Shown piece by piece: positions 26,203 through 36,148 of a DNA stretch of 45,837 nucleotides. The position numbers and the translations under genes were made by a program. The notes under the pieces were generated by a model. That model did not search any database. It was given only the letters and a program-made list of their open reading frames with translations, and was not told the origin of the DNA. Position 1 is the first letter of the stretch. Each line of letters begins with the position of its first letter. Source of the DNA: a candidate division WOR-3 bacterium (GTDB lineage: Bacteria; Hydrothermota; Tepidihabitantia; Tepidihabitantales; Tepidihabitantaceae); contig JBDRUH010000009.1 in the NCBI GenBank assembly GCA_039801225.1, forward strand, positions 1 to 45,837, written 5' to 3'.

Positions 26203-29007
26203 ATGGGCAGATGGTATCTTAAAACTCCAGAAGAGGTCTTAGCCGAACTCGGTTCACACCCACAGAAGGGGTTAAGCCAAATAGAAGCGGAGAGACGACA
26301 GAGAGAGTTCGGACCGAACGAATTGAAGGAGCGCGGAAAAAGAAGCGCAATTACCATCTTTCTCGGACAGTTTACCTCAATAATGGTGATAATCCTTCTG
26401 ATTGCCGGAGTGATTTCTATCTTTCTCGGTGAGTTTCTGGATGCCGGCGCAATATTGGCGATAGTGGTTCTAAATGCGGTTTTGGGGTTCTTTCAGGAGT
26501 TTCGAGCCGAAAAGATGATGCAAACTCTTAAGGTTCTGGCGGTACCGAAGGTGCGGGTAAGAAGGGATGGAAGTTTTAAAGAAATTTCCGCCCGGGAGTT
26601 GGTGCCCGGTGATATTGTTTTAATTGAAGCCGGAACGAAAATTCCCGCCGATGGTCGGCTTTTGGAGGCGGTGAATTTAAGGGTTTCCGAAGCGGCATTG
26701 ACGGGCGAATCGGAGCCGATAGATAAGAATAGTGCCGAGTTTCCAATGCCGACAGGCGACATTCCACTGGCAGACAGAAAAAATATGGTATTTATGGGCA
26801 CCACCGTGGTTGCCGGAAGAGGGGTGATGGTTGTAACCGAGACCGGAATGAGAACCGAACTGGGTAAGATTGCCGATATGTTGCAGACAGTAAAGCGCGA
26901 GGCGACCCCTCTGCAGAGACGACTGGAGCGTATGGCACGGGATTTGGCCCTGGCGGTCTTAGTAATCGTTGCTATTGTGTTTGGATTGGGAGTATTTCGT
27001 GGGGAGGATTTTCGTAAGATGTTCCTTATTGCGGTATCTATGGCGGTAGCAGCGGTGCCCGAAGGCTTACCCGCTGTGGTTACTGTGGCATTAACACTCG
27101 GGACAAGGCGGATGCTTGCCCGCAAGGCGCTGATTAGAAGATTGAATGCGGTGGAAACGCTCGGTTCGGTTACCGTAATATGCTCGGATAAAACCGGCAC
27201 CCTGACTCAGAATCAGATGACGGTTACAATGCTGGATGTTCTCGGTGAAAGACTGGACCTGAGGGTGATCCCGGAGAGCGTTGCACCGGTTCTGTCCCCT
27301 GAATCAGCACCCGATTTTCTTTTGTTGATCGCCGGCGGTGCCCTTTGCAATGATGCGGTTTTAGAGCCGACAGCCGACAGCCGCCCAAATCGGGCGCCCG
27401 TTTCCGGGCGACAGCTAACAACAGCGAAGGTAATTGGTGACCCCACCGAAGGTGCACTCCTCTTGGTCGCGGCTGAGTTTGGCTTTAGCGTTGAGGAGTT
27501 GCGACGGTTATTGCCCCGGGTCGGTGAGGTGCCATTTTCTTCTGAACGAAAGAGGATGAGCACCGTTCATAAACTAACCGGTGAACCGAAGGGGAACAAC
27601 GAGACACAGTTATTTAATACCCTGATGCAAATAGGCGGAAAGGACGGGCAATTTTTATTTACCAAAGGGGCGATAGATGTCCTCTTGAACATTACCGATT
27701 CGGTTCTGGTGAGAGGTAAGGTTGAACCCCTGACCGAGGAGTGGCGAAACCGGATAACTGAGGTTCAGAACAGCCTTACCGCTCAGGGGATGAGGGTGTT
27801 AGGGGTGGCGTTTCGCCAGCTCTTAAAAGGTGAAGACCCGAACGGTAGTGAGACGCTGGAGCAGGCGCTCTGTTTTGTCGGGATGATTGCGATGATTGAC
27901 CCAGCCCGACCGGAGGTAAAGGAGGCGGTAACGATTTGCCGTCAGGCAGGAATTAAACCGGTAATGATTACCGGCGACCATCCCCTCACCGCAATGTTTG
28001 TCGCCAGCGATATTGGAATTGTCACATCCGGAGATCGGGATGGGATGGTTACCGGAGGGGAACTGGAGCGAATGAATATTGAGGAACTGGCAAGGGTTGT
28101 GAATGAAACAAGAGTTTATGCCCGGGTAGCACCGCAACATAAATTGAATATTGTCCAGGCACTGCAGAACCGGGGTGAGGTGGTGGCGATGACCGGCGAT
28201 GGTGTAAACGATGCACCGGCTTTGAAGAAGGCGGATATTGGCGTGGCGATGGGAATAACCGGCACCGATGTGGCAAAAGAGGCGAGTGATGTGGTCCTTT
28301 TGGATGACAACTTTGCCACGATTGTTGCTGCGGTTAAAGAGGGGCGAGCAATTTATGACAACATTCGCAAGTTTATCCGCTACACATTTGCCTCTAATGC
28401 CGGCGAAATCTTGACAATGCTCATCGCACCATTTTTCGGAATGCCCTTTCCTCTTCTGCCGCTCCAAATACTCTGGATAAATCTTGTTACCGACGGGTTA
28501 CCCGGAATCGCGCTGGGTGTGGAGCCGGCCGAGCGGGATGTGATGCATCGTCCCCCCCGGCGTCCAAATGAAAGTATCTTCGCCCAAGGGATGGCATTTT
28601 CTATCATCTGGTCTGGGTTACTCTTGGCCGCGGTATCAGTGGGTGTTGGATTCTTTTCCTGGCGGGCGGGCAACGCCACCTGGCGGACGATGGTCTTCAC
28701 TACCTTGACGATGGCACAACTATGCCAGTCGTTGGCACTCCGTTCTCAGCGGGATTCGCTGTTTAAAATCGGACTGTTTACCAACCCCGGTTTAATAGGG
28801 GTCTTTCTCTTAACTCTGGCACTTCAGATGGCGGTAATTTACCTGCCTTTTCTTCAGGCGGTTTTCAAGACCGTACCCCTTTCAGTGAAAGAGCTGACCC
28901 TAACGCTTGGTTTTAGCACGCTCGTATTCTGGGCGGTAGAACTGGAGAAACTCATCCGGCGGCGCATTAAGCGGTTGACGCCGAAAAAAAATACCGCTAC
29001 CCTTTAA
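26203..29007 (+). CDS. cation-translocating P-type ATPase (type II, probably Ca2+)
   Basis: TGES, VPEGL, CSDKTGT, KGA, MITGD, GDGVNDAPALK, ILWINLVTD. Confidence 0.93.
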   Translation: MGRWYLKTPEEVLAELGSHPQKGLSQIEAERRQREFGPNELKERGKRSAITIFLGQFTSIMVIILLIAGVISIFLGEFLDAGAILAIVVLNAVLGFFQEFRAEKMMQTLKVLAVPKVRVRRDGSFKEISARELVPGDIVLIEAGTKIPADGRLLEAVNLRVSEAALTGESEPIDKNSAEFPMPTGDIPLADRKNMVFMGTTVVAGRGVMVVTETGMRTELGKIADMLQTVKREATPLQRRLERMARDLALAVLVIVAIVFGLGVFRGEDFRKMFLIAVSMAVAAVPEGLPAVVTVALTLGTRRMLARKALIRRLNAVETLGSVTVICSDKTGTLTQNQMTVTMLDVLGERLDLRVIPESVAPVLSPESAPDFLLLIAGGALCNDAVLEPTADSRPNRAPVSGRQLTTAKVIGDPTEGALLLVAAEFGFSVEELRRLLPRVGEVPFSSERKRMSTVHKLTGEPKGNNETQLFNTLMQIGGKDGQFLFTKGAIDVLLNITDSVLVRGKVEPLTEEWRNRITEVQNSLTAQGMRVLGVAFRQLLKGEDPNGSETLEQALCFVGMIAMIDPARPEVKEAVTICRQAGIKPVMITGDHPLTAMFVASDIGIVTSGDRDGMVTGGELERMNIEELARVVNETRVYARVAPQHKLNIVQALQNRGEVVAMTGDGVNDAPALKKADIGVAMGITGTDVAKEASDVVLLDDNFATIVAAVKEGRAIYDNIRKFIRYTFASNAGEILTMLIAPFFGMPFPLLPLQILWINLVTDGLPGIALGVEPAERDVMHRPPRRPNESIFAQGMAFSIIWSGLLLAAVSVGVGFFSWRAGNATWRTMVFTTLTMAQLCQSLALRSQRDSLFKIGLFTNPGLIGVFLLTLALQMAVIYLPFLQAVFKTVPLSVKELTLTLGFSTLVFWAVELEKLIRRRIKRLTPKKNTATL

Positions 29008-29012
29008 CAACT

Positions 29013-30749
29013 GTGAAACATCTTCCGTCTTCCTTCCCCCGTCCTCCGTTCTTCTTTTTCCTTTTATCTTTTACCTTTTGCCTTTTGGCTTTTGGCTCAG
29101 AGGTAGGGGCGATTAAATTTAAGGGCAATAGAAGTTTTTCCAGCCGGCACCTCTCTCAGATTGTCCAGGTTAAACCGAAACAGCCGATTAGTGATGTGGC
29201 ACTAGAGGAGGATGTGCGGGCATTAGAAAATTTTTATAGAAGTCAAGGCTTCTTTAATGCCCGTGTGGAGAAAGGTGTTGGAATAGTTAGTAATAAAAAA
29301 GTTATTACATTTCATATTATGGAAGGAGAGCGGGCGAGAATTGGTGCAATAACAATTCAGGGCAACCGGGCATTTCCCACATCCAGACTGACCTCCCTAT
29401 TGCCCTTTGTTAAGGGGAACTATTTTACTTTCGCTTTGCTCGAGGCCGGAACTGGGAGACTAAGGCAGTTCTATTTAAATTCTGGTTATCCCTTTGTTCA
29501 GGTTTCCGACACCTTTGAACTCAACAACTCCTGGGTTGCCGTCCAATTTTTCATTGAAGAGGGACCAGAGTGTTATATTAAAGATGTCCAGATTAGAGGT
29601 AACCGGGCGGTGGCGAGCGGGACGATTTGGCGCACCGCTGAAGTCCAAAAAGGCGAGCGGTTTTCTCGAGCAAAACTGGAAGAGGCGCAGCGTCGACTTT
29701 ATGCCACCAAACTTTTTTCCCGGGTAGTATTCTATGTTTACCGCACCGACTCTATCTCCGACAGCGTAACGGTGCGGTTTGATGTCATTGAACAGGAGCA
29801 GCGCGGCGTGGCCCTGGGTCTCGGACTCCAAACCCCGCCGAGCCGGGCACTTTTTGAGGTGGAGTGGGAGCATAACAATGTTTTAAACCGGGGACAGTGG
29901 CTGGTTGCCGGTAGTTCCTTCAGTCCGGATTTGCGCGGGAATTACCGAGTGAACTTTGATATTACCTATCGGATTCCTTACCTGTTCTGGACCCGGGTTG
30001 ATTTCCAAACCCATCCATTCTTCTACTATGAGCGGTTAGATTCTTCCCGCCAGCGGGAGTATGGAGTTGAAACCGGTATGAGCCGGGACCTCTTCCCCCA
30101 GTTACGACTGAGTTTATTTAACCGGCTGCGCCTGGTCGCTGACACCAGTCAGGGGATAACCAACTCCCTCGCCCTTAGTATGGTTTACGATTCCCGCGAC
30201 AACTTTTTTGAGCCCCAACGCGGCTTTTATATTCAGCCCGGGTTGGAGGTTGCCGGTGGCATATTCTTAGGTCACAACGACTTTGTGCGCACTGTTATTG
30301 ACACCCGCTGGTATCAGGCACTGGGTCCGGTCGTGTTTGCCGCCCGTGGGCTGGCCGGCAGGATAGAACCTTATGGCCGAACATCTTCGCTACCTTATTA
30401 CGAGGAGTTTTCCTTAGGTGGTAGGAATAACCTCCGCGGCTATCCGGACCGGGCATTAGGACCGGATAGTGCCTTCAGCGGTCGTTATGGTCCGGTGATT
30501 GTCAATAGCAGTTTTGAATTAAGAGGTCCATATTTTTTCCGCTGGGTGGGTCTGGTGGGTTTCTTGGATTTAGGTCAGGTGGCAGGCAAAGAAGATATTT
30601 TCCTACGCAAGTTGGAGGCTGGTGCCGGTGTCGGCATCAGGGTGCACACGCCGCTCGGACCGCTCCGTCTTGACTGGGGTAAAAGATTAAAAACGCCGCC
30701 GCCAAATGACTGGGGAAAATTATATCTCGGGGTCCTTCATGCGTTTTAA
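29013..30749 (+). CDS. BamA/TamA (Omp85) family outer membrane protein
   Basis: About 3 POTRA repeats; YDSRDN; FSLGG...LRGY; GIRVHTPLGPLRLDWG; C-terminal Phe; upstream of a TamB-like gene. Confidence 0.88.
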   Translation: MKHLPSSFPRPPFFFFLLSFTFCLLAFGSEVGAIKFKGNRSFSSRHLSQIVQVKPKQPISDVALEEDVRALENFYRSQGFFNARVEKGVGIVSNKKVITFHIMEGERARIGAITIQGNRAFPTSRLTSLLPFVKGNYFTFALLEAGTGRLRQFYLNSGYPFVQVSDTFELNNSWVAVQFFIEEGPECYIKDVQIRGNRAVASGTIWRTAEVQKGERFSRAKLEEAQRRLYATKLFSRVVFYVYRTDSISDSVTVRFDVIEQEQRGVALGLGLQTPPSRALFEVEWEHNNVLNRGQWLVAGSSFSPDLRGNYRVNFDITYRIPYLFWTRVDFQTHPFFYYERLDSSRQREYGVETGMSRDLFPQLRLSLFNRLRLVADTSQGITNSLALSMVYDSRDNFFEPQRGFYIQPGLEVAGGIFLGHNDFVRTVIDTRWYQALGPVVFAARGLAGRIEPYGRTSSLPYYEEFSLGGRNNLRGYPDRALGPDSAFSGRYGPVIVNSSFELRGPYFFRWVGLVGFLDLGQVAGKEDIFLRKLEAGAGVGIRVHTPLGPLRLDWGKRLKTPPPNDWGKLYLGVLHAF

Positions 30750-33700
30750 GATTCGTGCTTGGGTGTGGTTCTTAATCTCCATATTACTCTTGTTTACCGG
30801 GATTCTTGTCTTCCGCCAAGAGATCGGCAGAGCGATTCTTAAAAGAACGCTCACACTCTTGGGACGGGCACTCAATGGCGAGGTGATATGTCAGGCGATT
30901 GAGGGTGATATCTTCTCCCAGCCCAGATTTATCGGGGTAAAGATTATTTTAAATTCTGACTCGGTGCTGATAAAAGAGTTGCGGATAAAATACGACCTCT
31001 TTGCCTTTTTTAGACGAAGGACCGAGTTTCGGGATGTGCTCTTCACCGAACCGCGGGTTTACCTCGGGGTCCGGGCAACGGGCAAGGGGCACCCGATTCG
31101 GGCGAAATTCCCTCGGGTGACGGTCAAGCGCCTTCAGGTGAAAAACGGTCTCATTGGTTTAAACGGAATTTCCCGTCTGGATTCACTTGGGCTATTTTTA
31201 AGCCTTCATTCTACTCCAGCGGGATTGGAGTTATTTATTGACTCGGCGCATTGCCGGCTGGTTCAGGAGAGCCTTGATGTTTCCCGATTTACCGCCCGAG
31301 TTCAGATTAACGAAGAATCCCTTACCATCCAAAACCTTATGGTATCAACTGCCGCCTCCCGGTTCCAGGGAAGTTTAATGGTGGCGTTTGATTCTGGTGG
31401 AATTGCTGCTGAAGTTGCCGATTTGAACCTGAGTCTAAAGGAAGTGGCAGGTCTCGAGGGAAAAGTTTGGTTTAAGGGTTTTGCTGAGGCTAAGGGCAAA
31501 AAGAGAAATGCAGAAGGAGATTTTAAGGGAGAAGGTATCTACTGGCGGCAGGTGCTGTTGCCTAAGATTACCGGAAGATTGCGGCTGAGTGACTCATTAC
31601 TGAGCATTAACTTAAATGGTAGCGACATCGCGCTTGGTAGATTTAATATTCAGGGGCAAATTGACCTGACCAACTACCGTTTTTCTGCCCGGGCAAATGG
31701 CGAGAGCCTGGCAGTTTATCGGTTTGAGTCCAGTCTTCCCCAGTTTCACCTTTCCGCCGAAATTTTGGCGAACGGCGTTTTGGGCTCCTTAGTAGGCATT
31801 TTGGGCAAAAGGGCAGAACCACAACCCGATTCAATAAACTTAACGGTCCGGGGACGGGCGACAAATATAGGCGTTGACCGCCTTTTTGCACGGATTGACT
31901 ATCAAAATGGCCGGGTACAACTCCGAGATTTACGCCTGAGTGGTCCGGTAGGCTCTTTTAATTTTGTTGGCTTGGCGCGAGCGGGTTTTATCCAGGCACG
32001 GTGTGAGATGGAAAGATTTGACCTCGCGGTGGCCGGGAGGTTTCTCGGGCAAAATTTACAAGGAAAGGCACAGGGCGGTCTGGATGGGGTGTGGAATGGT
32101 GCCAACTGGACACTCTCTGGTCTGGTGCGGGTTGAGGAGTTCAGCGGTATGGGAACCGAAATTGCTAATGGAATCCTCCAGGTTGGTTTAAGCGGCGCCA
32201 GAAATTTTAAGGATGTCTCGGGCCGGGTGGCGGTGGGAGGTGAAGGTGTTAAACTCGCCGGTCAAGACTGGGATGCGGCGCAGTTTGTCTGGACCGGACC
32301 CGAGTTTGACCTCCGTATTGAAAAGGAGGCGATGCGGTTAACCGCACAAGGGGATATCGCCTTTAATCCCGAAAGTATAGGGTGTGTAGTGCGAAAGTTG
32401 GAGTTTATCACCGAAAGGGAGACTGCGGCGATTGCCGATAGTTGCCAGTTAAACTGGCAGGATGGAACACTAATGGTAAAAGGGGTTAAAGCCCAGATTG
32501 CCGATGGAGAACTGAAACTGGATCTGACCACTCGGCGCGGCGAACCTTTAGAACTCATCGGTAGCGTCCGCGGGTTGAACCTGAGCAAGTTCCAGCAACT
32601 GGTCGGTTCTATTATTAGGACAAAAGACCGGGGACCGGGGACCGAGGTGTTGGGCTCGGTGGATTTTGATGTTTTTGGAAAAGATACGCTGTTTTTGAAT
32701 TTTATTGGGAGAAATTTTGCTTTGCCCGCCAGTAATATCAACCTCAAGTATTTAACCGGTAAAATGGCACTCTTCCGGGAAGGCGCATTTATCAGGGAGG
32801 TGAAGTTTGTTCATCAAGAGGATACGAGCTCAATTAGCGGCCTCATCCAGTGGAGTACCAAGGAGCGTCTTGCCATAACCAAAGCAAACCTCAACCTGTC
32901 TCTTGCCAACCCTGGAGCGTGGATTTTCGCCGTTACCCGACCCTATGTGGAAATTAAAGAAGGCTCGGTTTATGGAATGCTCAATTTTAACTGGCAACCC
33001 GACCATTTAGATTTTTCCGGTCGGGCACGGGTGAGCAATGGTTTGCTGATAGTGCCCTCAGTCACCACAACTGTTCAGGATGTTCAGGCAGAATTGACCT
33101 TGAATAAAGAAAAAATAGTTTTAGAAAAACTGAGCGGTAAGAGTTCTAAGGGAACTGTTACCGCCGAGGGGTTTTTGAAGTTAACTAGCGGTTTTGAATG
33201 TGAATCTTTACACTACGAGACGCGCTTTTTTGGTGTTTCCGCGGCACCAATAAGCGGGGTTTATGCAATTGGCGATGGTGTTATAAAAATCCTCTGGGCA
33301 AAGGGGATGGAAAGGGTGTTGATTTCTGGCCGCGCCGATATTGCTGAGGCGTTGCTCACCTTGGGCTTTGGCGGTGGAGGTGGTGGCAGTGGTGGCTCTT
33401 CTTCAGAGGGGGTTGACTACGACATTCGTGTCCGAGGCGAACGCGGGATATGGTTGCGCAACCGTGATTGTGATATTGAACTGGGTGCCGACCTTACCTT
33501 CCGGCAGGTGGGAAATGAAGCGGTATATACCGGGGAACTCCTGGTGCGGCAGGGTAGTATCTACTACCTTGACCATATTCTTAAGGTAACAAAAGGGCGG
33601 CTGGTGTTTGACAATGTCAGTCAGTTCACTCCCCAACTTGATATTACTGCGGAACTACCGGTGGCGCACAGCAAAAAAAGTGCCCCGGAAAAAATTGTTC

Positions 33701-34149
33701 TGAGGCTTACCGGTAATTTGAGTCAGCCCATTTTTACACTAAGTTCGGAACCACCGCTCTGGGACGAAACGCAGATTCTCAGTTATTTAAGCCTGAATGT
33801 TACGATGGAGGAGATTTCGGCGCTGGAACAGAAGGAACTGCTCAACCGATTGCTTTCCGAAAGGCTCTTGGGGTATTTTCAAACCCAGGTGGCAAAGCGG
33901 ATGCGGGAATTTATCAGTCTTGACTACCTTGAGATAGAGAGCGGCGTCTTGACCGGGCAGGGGGCGCGGGTTACCGTGGGCAAATATGTCGGGCGCAATC
34001 TTTATGTCTCCTACACCCAGAATTTTACCGGTGAACTCCAGCCCGGTTTTCTTGTTGAATACTATCTGAATCGCCGGAATGAACTTCTGGCTGAGCGCTC
34101 TTTTGACGGCCGATATGCCCTCCGCTATCGGTTTAAAATCCGTTATTGA
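30739..34149 (+). CDS. translocation/assembly module TamB-like protein
   Basis: N-terminal TM anchor; long beta-rich body; C-terminal DUF490-like region (P-x-LDI-x-A, LSSEPP...QILSYL, TVGKY, VEYYL); ATG 30739 chosen. Confidence 0.82.
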   Translation: MRFKIRAWVWFLISILLLFTGILVFRQEIGRAILKRTLTLLGRALNGEVICQAIEGDIFSQPRFIGVKIILNSDSVLIKELRIKYDLFAFFRRRTEFRDVLFTEPRVYLGVRATGKGHPIRAKFPRVTVKRLQVKNGLIGLNGISRLDSLGLFLSLHSTPAGLELFIDSAHCRLVQESLDVSRFTARVQINEESLTIQNLMVSTAASRFQGSLMVAFDSGGIAAEVADLNLSLKEVAGLEGKVWFKGFAEAKGKKRNAEGDFKGEGIYWRQVLLPKITGRLRLSDSLLSINLNGSDIALGRFNIQGQIDLTNYRFSARANGESLAVYRFESSLPQFHLSAEILANGVLGSLVGILGKRAEPQPDSINLTVRGRATNIGVDRLFARIDYQNGRVQLRDLRLSGPVGSFNFVGLARAGFIQARCEMERFDLAVAGRFLGQNLQGKAQGGLDGVWNGANWTLSGLVRVEEFSGMGTEIANGILQVGLSGARNFKDVSGRVAVGGEGVKLAGQDWDAAQFVWTGPEFDLRIEKEAMRLTAQGDIAFNPESIGCVVRKLEFITERETAAIADSCQLNWQDGTLMVKGVKAQIADGELKLDLTTRRGEPLELIGSVRGLNLSKFQQLVGSIIRTKDRGPGTEVLGSVDFDVFGKDTLFLNFIGRNFALPASNINLKYLTGKMALFREGAFIREVKFVHQEDTSSISGLIQWSTKERLAITKANLNLSLANPGAWIFAVTRPYVEIKEGSVYGMLNFNWQPDHLDFSGRARVSNGLLIVPSVTTTVQDVQAELTLNKEKIVLEKLSGKSSKGTVTAEGFLKLTSGFECESLHYETRFFGVSAAPISGVYAIGDGVIKILWAKGMERVLISGRADIAEALLTLGFGGGGGGSGGSSSEGVDYDIRVRGERGIWLRNRDCDIELGADLTFRQVGNEAVYTGELLVRQGSIYYLDHILKVTKGRLVFDNVSQFTPQLDITAELPVAHSKKSAPEKIVLRLTGNLSQPIFTLSSEPPLWDETQILSYLSLNVTMEEISALEQKELLNRLLSERLLGYFQTQVAKRMREFISLDYLEIESGVLTGQGARVTVGKYVGRNLYVSYTQNFTGELQPGFLVEYYLNRRNELLAERSFDGRYALRYRFKIRY

Positions 34150-34187
34150 GTTCTATGTATAGACCTCCACCTCCCTTTGTCTTCGCA

Positions 34188-34290
34188 AAGTCAAAAGTCA
34201 AATCTCAAATATCAAAATTCCCAGATTCTTCGTTTTGGCTTTTAGCTTTTGGCTTTTGAATTCTCCCAAAGTCGGTCTCGGGGCATGCTT
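34188..34290 (+). repeat. heptamer-based dispersed element, copy 3
   Basis: AAGTCAAAAGTCAAATCTCAAATATCAAAATTCCCAGATTCTTCGTTTTGGC plus TTCTCCCAAAGTCGGTCTCGGGGCAT. Confidence 0.8.
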
Positions 34291-34327
34291 TTGCAATTTG
34301 GTACCTTAACTTTGTTTAGGTTTTAGT

Positions 34328-36148
34328 ATGTTCTGCGATGTTGTTATTCCCCGCACGCCGCTAAACGAACTAACCTACACCTTTGACCCGGAGAAGTTGG
34401 GGGAAATTTTCCCAGGTGATTGCCTCTCCGTCCCCCTGCGCGGAAGACATCACCTCGGAGTAGTTTTCCAGGTTCATAAAAACCCGCCAGCCGCATCCCC
34501 TCTTATGGTTCAACCAGTTACGGGAATTGCTGCCCGGGGTGTTTTTAACCAGGAAATGCTAAAGCTCTTAAGATGGGTTGCCGCTTATTATGTGACTCAT
34601 CTCGGGGAGGTTCTTGGACTGGCTTTTCCTCGTGGTATTAGGCAGTATCTCCTCCGTCATCCGTCTTCGGTCAGCCCCCAGCCCCCAGCCCTCAGCCCTC
34701 AGCCCTCAGCCCTCAGCGGTTTCAAAGTTTGGGTATTTTGTCAAAATGGTGTCATCCGGGAAAGAACGGTAACCGATTTTATAGAAAAGGCGCTGGCGCG
34801 CGGCTCGGTCCTTTTTCTATTACCAGAACCTCTTATTCCAAAGTGGCGACAATTGTTAAGCGGTCGTTTTGGCGAACGGCTGGTTGATTTCTATACCGCC
34901 CGGGGTCGGGCAAATCGTGAGGCTTGGTTTTCGCTCGCTCAGGGCAGACAGCGGTTGGTGCTCGGTGTCCGGGCAGCGGTCTTTTCACCGGTAAAAGATT
35001 TAAGCGGTGTGGTGATGATTAATGAGGACTGGAAAGGATACAAAGAAAAGCGCCAGCCGAGGTATAATGCCCGGGATGTGGCAATTCACCGCGCTCGCCT
35101 AACTGACTGCCCGGTTCTCTTGTGTGAACGGACTCTAACGCTTGAGACCTACCATAAAATAAAACTGGGTGAATTTCATCTTATCGGCAATTTGCCCAAA
35201 CGGTCATTTAGAGAAAATTTTTTTGTGGTGGATATGCGCCCGCATCGTAATGAGTTGCTTTCCCCGCGCCTCCTCACCGAACTCCGCCGGACTTTAGAAA
35301 AAGGGGGGGTGGCGCTCTGTTATATTAACAGAAAAGGGTTGAGCCGCTATGTCCTCTGCCAAGATTGCGGCGAGGTGCTGAAATGTCCCACCTGCCGGTT
35401 ACCCGGCATAATCACCGGTGACGGAACATTAGAATGTCGTTATTGCGGCTCTAAAACCCCGGCCCCGGACCGCTGCCCTGAATGTTCTGGTTTAAACTTC
35501 ATCTATCGCTCACCGGGAGTGAAAATGGTTGTAAAGAAGTTACTTGAGTCGGGGTTAAAGGCGGTGGAGCGTAAAGAGGAGTTAACAAAAGGGGCAGTGC
35601 TTGTGGGAACCCGGGGCTTATTGAGCGGTCCATTGCCCGAAAACATAAGATTGTTCGGTGTGATTAATCTTGACACCGAGTTCACCTTACCCGATTTTCG
35701 CACTCGGGAGCGGGCGTTTCGTCTCTTAGAAGACATCTGTCACCGAGCAGAACTTTCTAATGCTCGGGTGGTAATCCAGACCTATCGTCCGGATGAACGG
35801 TTAATTGAATGTCTTAGAAACGGCGCGATAGGTCAATTCTTAGAATCGGAACTGGCGGACCGAGAGGAGGCGAACCTGCCGCCCTTTTGCCGGCTGGTTT
35901 TGCTGGAATTCAGCGGTGCTAACCCGAAGCCGGTCAGCGAACACAGCGCCAAAGTGGCGGCGTGGTTATCTAAAATTGACGGCGTTGAGGTGTTAGGTCC
36001 GTTAGCGAAATTAGAAAAGAAAGCGGTAACCCGACTTTTAGTGAAAATGCCGCTTGACCTCCTTTTGGGAGAAGTGATTGATTTAGCTCAACTGAAGAAA
36101 ACCGGGCTAAAAATCAGGGTTGATGTTGACCCGCTGGCGGTGGTTTAA
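34328..36148 (+). CDS. priA: primosomal protein N' (PriA), ATPase motifs degenerate
   Basis: N-terminal 3'-DNA-binding domain (LTY...G...VPLRG); GVRAAVFSP; PRYNARDVA; NRKG; four CxxC pairs; PDFRTRER; VIQT; LPPF. Confidence 0.85.
   Translation: MFCDVVIPRTPLNELTYTFDPEKLGEIFPGDCLSVPLRGRHHLGVVFQVHKNPPAASPLMVQPVTGIAARGVFNQEMLKLLRWVAAYYVTHLGEVLGLAFPRGIRQYLLRHPSSVSPQPPALSPQPSALSGFKVWVFCQNGVIRERTVTDFIEKALARGSVLFLLPEPLIPKWRQLLSGRFGERLVDFYTARGRANREAWFSLAQGRQRLVLGVRAAVFSPVKDLSGVVMINEDWKGYKEKRQPRYNARDVAIHRARLTDCPVLLCERTLTLETYHKIKLGEFHLIGNLPKRSFRENFFVVDMRPHRNELLSPRLLTELRRTLEKGGVALCYINRKGLSRYVLCQDCGEVLKCPTCRLPGIITGDGTLECRYCGSKTPAPDRCPECSGLNFIYRSPGVKMVVKKLLESGLKAVERKEELTKGAVLVGTRGLLSGPLPENIRLFGVINLDTEFTLPDFRTRERAFRLLEDICHRAELSNARVVIQTYRPDERLIECLRNGAIGQFLESELADREEANLPPFCRLVLLEFSGANPKPVSEHSAKVAAWLSKIDGVEVLGPLAKLEKKAVTRLLVKMPLDLLLGEVIDLAQLKKTGLKIRVDVDPLAVV
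34671..34719 (+). repeat. (YCAGCCC)x7 tandem heptamer inside priA
   Basis: TCAGCCC CCAGCCC CCAGCCC TCAGCCC TCAGCCC TCAGCCC TCAGCGG, encoding SPQPPALSPQPSALS. Confidence 0.9.
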
